A DNA stretch of 11,085 bases from Pseudobacteriovorax sp. (GTDB taxonomy: Bacteria > Bdellovibrionota_B > Oligoflexia > Oligoflexales > Oligoflexaceae), in assembly GCA_050293845.1 (NCBI GenBank), contig JBNKNM010000113.1, forward strand, positions 1-11,085. The letters are read 5' to 3'. The position numbers were made by a program, and so were the translations under genes. Shown here piece after piece: positions 8,276-11,085 of the stretch. Every line of letters starts with the position of its first letter. The stretch's first letter is position 1. The notes under the pieces were generated by a model. The model did not search any database. It saw nothing but the letters and a program-made list of their open reading frames with translations, and was not told the origin of the DNA.

Positions 8276-8304
8276 TATTTCTAAACTCTAATATTTCTAA
8301 AGTC
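8276..8304. repeat. Tandem 13-bp direct repeat upstream of the S9 hydrolase gene
   Basis: TATTTCTAAACTC (8276-8288) and TATTTCTAAAGTC (8292-8304): one mismatch, 16-bp period. Confidence 0.55.
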
Positions 8305-8354
8305 AAACCATATCGAAGAGCTTCCAACTACAGCATAGTAAATGCCTAATGACA

Positions 8355-8588
8355 ATAGGGTACACGAAATTCCAGAGTTTGTTATGATAGCCAAGTTATT
8401 CTTAAGGATAAAATACTGTTGTATCGCGTATCACCTAAGGCATTTATTTCGGTTTTGGGATCTCCGCTGATGGCATGGTTTGTTGTTCCCTTGGGAATCA
8501 TAGAATAGGTTATCGAAATAATAAAAAAGGAACAATGGAGAAGTTTGTATATGATCCAAAAAGAGCTAAATTTGTTTTACAACATTAG
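8355..8588 (+). pseudogene. Remnant of the C-terminus of a YeeC-like GIY-YIG/T5orf172 nuclease (not in the ORF track)
   Basis: Collinear fragments in shifting frames: IGYT (8355-8366), PEFVM (8372-8386), LYRVSPKAF (8419-8445), WFVVPLGIIE*VIEIIK (8476-8526; TAG at 8506). After a frameshift in the A-run: GTMEKFVYDPKRAKFVLQH* (8529-8588). These follow the order I recall for YeeC-like proteins: KIG.T...PTFLM...LYNIN..K...EWFLVPL.VIDEAV..IK.GTI..Y.YDP...L. Confidence 0.72.
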
Positions 8589-8603
8589 AGGGCCAAGTAT
8601 ACT
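8576..8603 (+). promoter_or_regulatory. Putative sigma70 promoter for the GGCT-like gene
   Basis: TTTACA (8576-8581), 16-bp spacer, TATACT (8598-8603), 53 nt before the ATG at 8657. An AAGGA RBS precedes the ATG. Confidence 0.45.
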
Positions 8604-8656
8604 GCTAAAGGGTAATCTAATTGAACCTTCTAATATAAATCAAAAAAGGATGATAA

Positions 8657-9205
8657 ATGAAGATCGCTGTAATCGCCTGGGGTTCATTGATATGGGATCC
8701 AAGAACTCTGGCGTGCAAATTTGAAAATTGGAAAACTGATGGACCTACACTACCTATCGAGTTTTCAAGAATTTCAAAAGATGGAAGAATAACCCTGGTG
8801 ATCGATGAAGAGCACGGCACAAACATCCAGACTTATTGGAATACATTGTCATTTACTAATCTTCAGGAAGCGAAAGAAAACCTGCGATTTAGAGAAAAAA
8901 CCGAAGAAAAGTGCATCAGCGAAGTTGAAGCTTCCACTACAACTAACGACCCAATGCTTAAAGAAATTCAAAAGTGGCTTCAAGAGAATGAATTGGACGC
9001 TGCTATTTGGACAGGTATTCCATCTAACTGGAACGCCAAAAGAAGTCCAGGGTATACCAGAGATGAAATTACCAAATATCTCAAAGAAAGCAAAGATACA
9101 CCGGTTTGGGAGAAACTCAAGAATTATATAATAAAAGCACCTAAACAAACTCAAACAAATATGCGAAGCTTCTTAGAATCCGAAATAGACCGACTTTCTG
9201 ATTAA
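8657..9205 (+). CDS. Conserved hypothetical protein, probable gamma-glutamylcyclotransferase-like (ChaC/AIG2-type) fold
   Basis: 182 aa with an RBS. The N-terminal IAVIAWGSLIW matches the 'F.YGSL(I/M)W' loop of GGCT/ChaC proteins. It also has DGPTLPIEFSRISKDGRITLVID, NLRFRE (candidate catalytic Glu), AAIWTG, and YIIKAP..TQT..R. Confidence 0.75.
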   Translation: MKIAVIAWGSLIWDPRTLACKFENWKTDGPTLPIEFSRISKDGRITLVIDEEHGTNIQTYWNTLSFTNLQEAKENLRFREKTEEKCISEVEASTTTNDPMLKEIQKWLQENELDAAIWTGIPSNWNAKRSPGYTRDEITKYLKESKDTPVWEKLKNYIIKAPKQTQTNMRSFLESEIDRLSD

Positions 9206-9211
9206 AGTACT

Positions 9212-9240
9212 CTATTTGAGCTGCTTTGTAGGCTAAATAG
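9212..9240 (+). terminator. Imperfect hairpin directly after the GGCT-like stop; possible terminator or 3' stabiliser
   Basis: CTATTT-g-AGC-TGC-ttt-GTA-g-GCT-AAATAG folds with two bulged G residues and one G-U pair. No immediate U-tract. Confidence 0.3.
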
Positions 9241-9534
9241 GTGGTATTTTGGTGGGCATATATAATTTCTAAACTCATAATTATGCAATAATTTCAAAAA
9301 ATTAATCTGAAAACAGTCCTAGCGTTCGTTGCTGTGCGCTTTGAAGTTAATGGACGACGAGTCGCCATAGATTCTAAGCTTTACAACCGCAAGGAGGAAC
9401 GCGATATCAGCGTGATTACAGCAACAGTTGCGGAAATAAAGCTTTTGAACTCACTACACCCTTGACACTAAAATTTATAAGCTCCCGCGAAAAACCTATC
9501 TTACATTTTGTGGTTTCAATTTGTACGCGACGCT

Positions 9535-11085
9535 TTAGCGTCCGTACCCCGCCTTTATGATGTTTGCCTGGATAGCCTCATCGACTGAGTCTGGTGGATT
9601 ACCTATGGTCATAGCTCCTTCGAAGAAGGTTCCGGTACCACCGTTACTACCATCGCCGCCTGTTCCAAGAATGATGGCGCCTTCCAACTTCTTGGGAAAG
9701 TAGTCTGGCCGCGGACGCCTTCCATCCCACATAGTGGTTAGTGTGCCTGATTGGGCATTTCCGCCCTTGAGGGTAAATGTGTCAGCCGAAGGACCCTTGA
9801 GTATGGCCGTGACAAAGTCGAAGTCCAAGGATTTAGCGTTTGGCCATGGTCCGGGGTAGCAGTTGTAGCACCCGGCATCACCCTTGAACATTCCGTTTTC
9901 TAGGTCTGCCGCGATCCATGGGCCATCGCCATCGCCTTGACCTCCCCAAGCGATGTCAGTTCCGAAGTAAAGTGCCTCCATTGTGCCATTGCCGTTGTCT
10001 TTACCGTTTGTTTCTGCATTCCCATAGTCGAAGCAGCAGTAACTACTATGCCGTTTTCCGTCGACCACCATATACATAGACTCTGCCTCGTTACCCGTTG
10101 CGACACCAGTGGTGTTGTTATTTCTGTAGGCAACATCATCTGCGAATCCAGTGACGTAGATGCCATATACTGTATGACCACCCACTTGAGCCCTACCCTT
10201 GGTAGCACTGGATTCATTGCCTCCATTTGGTAACCATGTCGCACCAGGGGGAGCCTTTCTGAGGTCATTATGCTGGGGAGACTGGTCATAGAGGATTGAG
10301 ATAGTACAGCTTGTATTTAAACAGAACTCGTCTTGGATAGATGTGTCGGCAAAACCTCCAGCGGTCAGGGCTGGGATATCTCTGGTGGCATCATCCGAAG
10401 CGCGCCTGACTTGATAAAGACTTCCCGTGTAAGAACCGTATAGGGCACGTACTGTACTGTGGGCTGCGACACATGGTGTTCCAGCATTGGCATAAATATC
10501 ACAGGGACCTTCGGGAGTAGGACTACTGCCACTGAAGTTAGCTATGAGACTCTTATTATCGTCCATGGTGACAGTTATTGGGTTCGTCGTCCCCGATACG
10601 GCCCCACTCCAACCGGTAAAAACTTCGCCGTTAGAGGGGATAGCTGTAATGGTCGCCATTTCTCCCGCATCATAGATATAGGAACCGGGAGCCGGAGTTG
10701 TTGAGCCGTTACCGCTGGCAAAAATGGAGAGGGTATAGGTGGTTTTGCCGCTATCGACATCCCATTTTTGATTATCTCCCATCCAGCAAGACCAAAGGAC
10801 AATCCTGACACCATTATCTGTCCCGGCACCTTCTGCATCCATGCAGAGTCCTGATTTGACGTTCGTAATTGTTTGGTCGGAGTTAATATTCCATTGCTGG
10901 TGGGGTTGACCAGAGCAGCTCCCTATGACGACTGGTGTTAGATTGCTTGTGCCGCCATCCAAAGCCTGTAGGCACTTGTTGCCATAGACTAAAAGCTCTT
11001 TATTAGTGCTGTATGTCCAGGTTTGATTCGTTCCATTGTGGCAGTCCCAGAGTTGCGCCTGCGCTCCATCTTCTTGGGAAACTCC
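9535..11085 (-). CDS. abfB: GH54 alpha-L-arabinofuranosidase B with N-terminal ricin-B/CBM13 and an InlB B-repeat-like spacer (5' end outside the window)
   Basis: Frame stays open from 10962 to the window edge (GVSQEDGAQAQLWDCHNGTNQTW...YGNKCLQAL), completing three QxW ricin subdomains. Then YTLS...ATITAIP...FTGWSG...ITVTMDDNKSLIANF. GH54 motifs: GPCDIY..GTPCVAAHSTVRALY, vicinal CC in CCFDYGNAE, nucleophile GTMEALYFG, ADLENG, acid/base GTGGD, GTFFEG. Confidence 0.93.
   Translation of the reverse strand, partial: GVSQEDGAQAQLWDCHNGTNQTWTYSTNKELLVYGNKCLQALDGGTSNLTPVVIGSCSGQPHQQWNINSDQTITNVKSGLCMDAEGAGTDNGVRIVLWSCWMGDNQKWDVDSGKTTYTLSIFASGNGSTTPAPGSYIYDAGEMATITAIPSNGEVFTGWSGAVSGTTNPITVTMDDNKSLIANFSGSSPTPEGPCDIYANAGTPCVAAHSTVRALYGSYTGSLYQVRRASDDATRDIPALTAGGFADTSIQDEFCLNTSCTISILYDQSPQHNDLRKAPPGATWLPNGGNESSATKGRAQVGGHTVYGIYVTGFADDVAYRNNNTTGVATGNEAESMYMVVDGKRHSSYCCFDYGNAETNGKDNGNGTMEALYFGTDIAWGGQGDGDGPWIAADLENGMFKGDAGCYNCYPGPWPNAKSLDFDFVTAILKGPSADTFTLKGGNAQSGTLTTMWDGRRPRPDYFPKKLEGAIILGTGGDGSNGGTGTFFEGAMTIGNPPDSVDEAIQANIIKAGYGR

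Noticed and set aside
1915..9240. Integron attC interpretation of the bulged hairpins at 1925-1965 and 9212-9240
   Set aside because: No paired RYYYAAC/GTTRRRY boxes, genes are in mixed orientations, and there is no integrase in the window.
9462..9481. Perfect TTGACA followed by TATAAG
   Set aside because: The spacer is only 8 bp, there is no -10 box at 16-18 bp, and it points into the 3' end of a convergent gene.
9483..9493. TCCCGCGAAAA, reverse complement of 902-912 in the IS right end
   Set aside because: Lacks the terminal CTCACAT bases needed for an IS end and has no adjacent transposase sequence. An 11-mer match is insufficient to call a composite transposon.
223..10838. Short alternative ORFs in the track (223-420, 1224-1628, 2406-2591, 2646-2939, 2810-3019, 4258-4482, 6624-6932, 6949-7131, 7359-7583, 7762-7947, 8617-8826, 8805-9131, 8849-9154, 9900-10289, 9937-10233, 10459-10704, 10575-10838)
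   Set aside because: All overlap longer ORFs with clear family motifs, either antisense or out of frame, and have no recognisable motifs of their own. Treated as shadow ORFs.
1..11085. CRISPR array, tRNA/rRNA, or DNA-level tandem repeats in the WD40 gene (hypervariable HET-like repeats, DGR template/variable repeats)
   Set aside because: No regularly spaced repeats or cloverleaf seen. The WD40 blades are highly divergent with no visible nucleotide-level duplication, and there is no reverse transcriptase in the window.

Overview
AT-rich bacterial accessory region with no rRNA, tRNA or CRISPR array. In order it holds: the 3' part and right end of an IS1634-family element; a lipoprotein of unknown function; a 1118-aa lipoprotein with Ig-like modules and a long WD40/beta-propeller region; a collapsed histidine kinase + Rcp1-type response regulator pseudo-operon; a secreted single-domain rhodanese; a secreted S9-type serine hydrolase with an extra helical/TPR-like C-terminal domain; a previously unannotated remnant of a YeeC-like GIY-YIG/T5orf172 nuclease; an intact GGCT-like (WGSLIW) gene; and the 3' part of a higher-GC CBM13-(InlB B-repeat)-GH54 alpha-L-arabinofuranosidase gene. 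No complete novel system can be demonstrated from this window alone. The best leads are (i) the surface-anchored Ig-WD40 protein, whose propeller is bracketed by motifs I recall from STAND/NLR-like WD40 sensors, and (ii) the GGCT-like gene lying directly behind a decayed restriction-associated nuclease. All family assignments come from motif recognition by eye; no searches were run.
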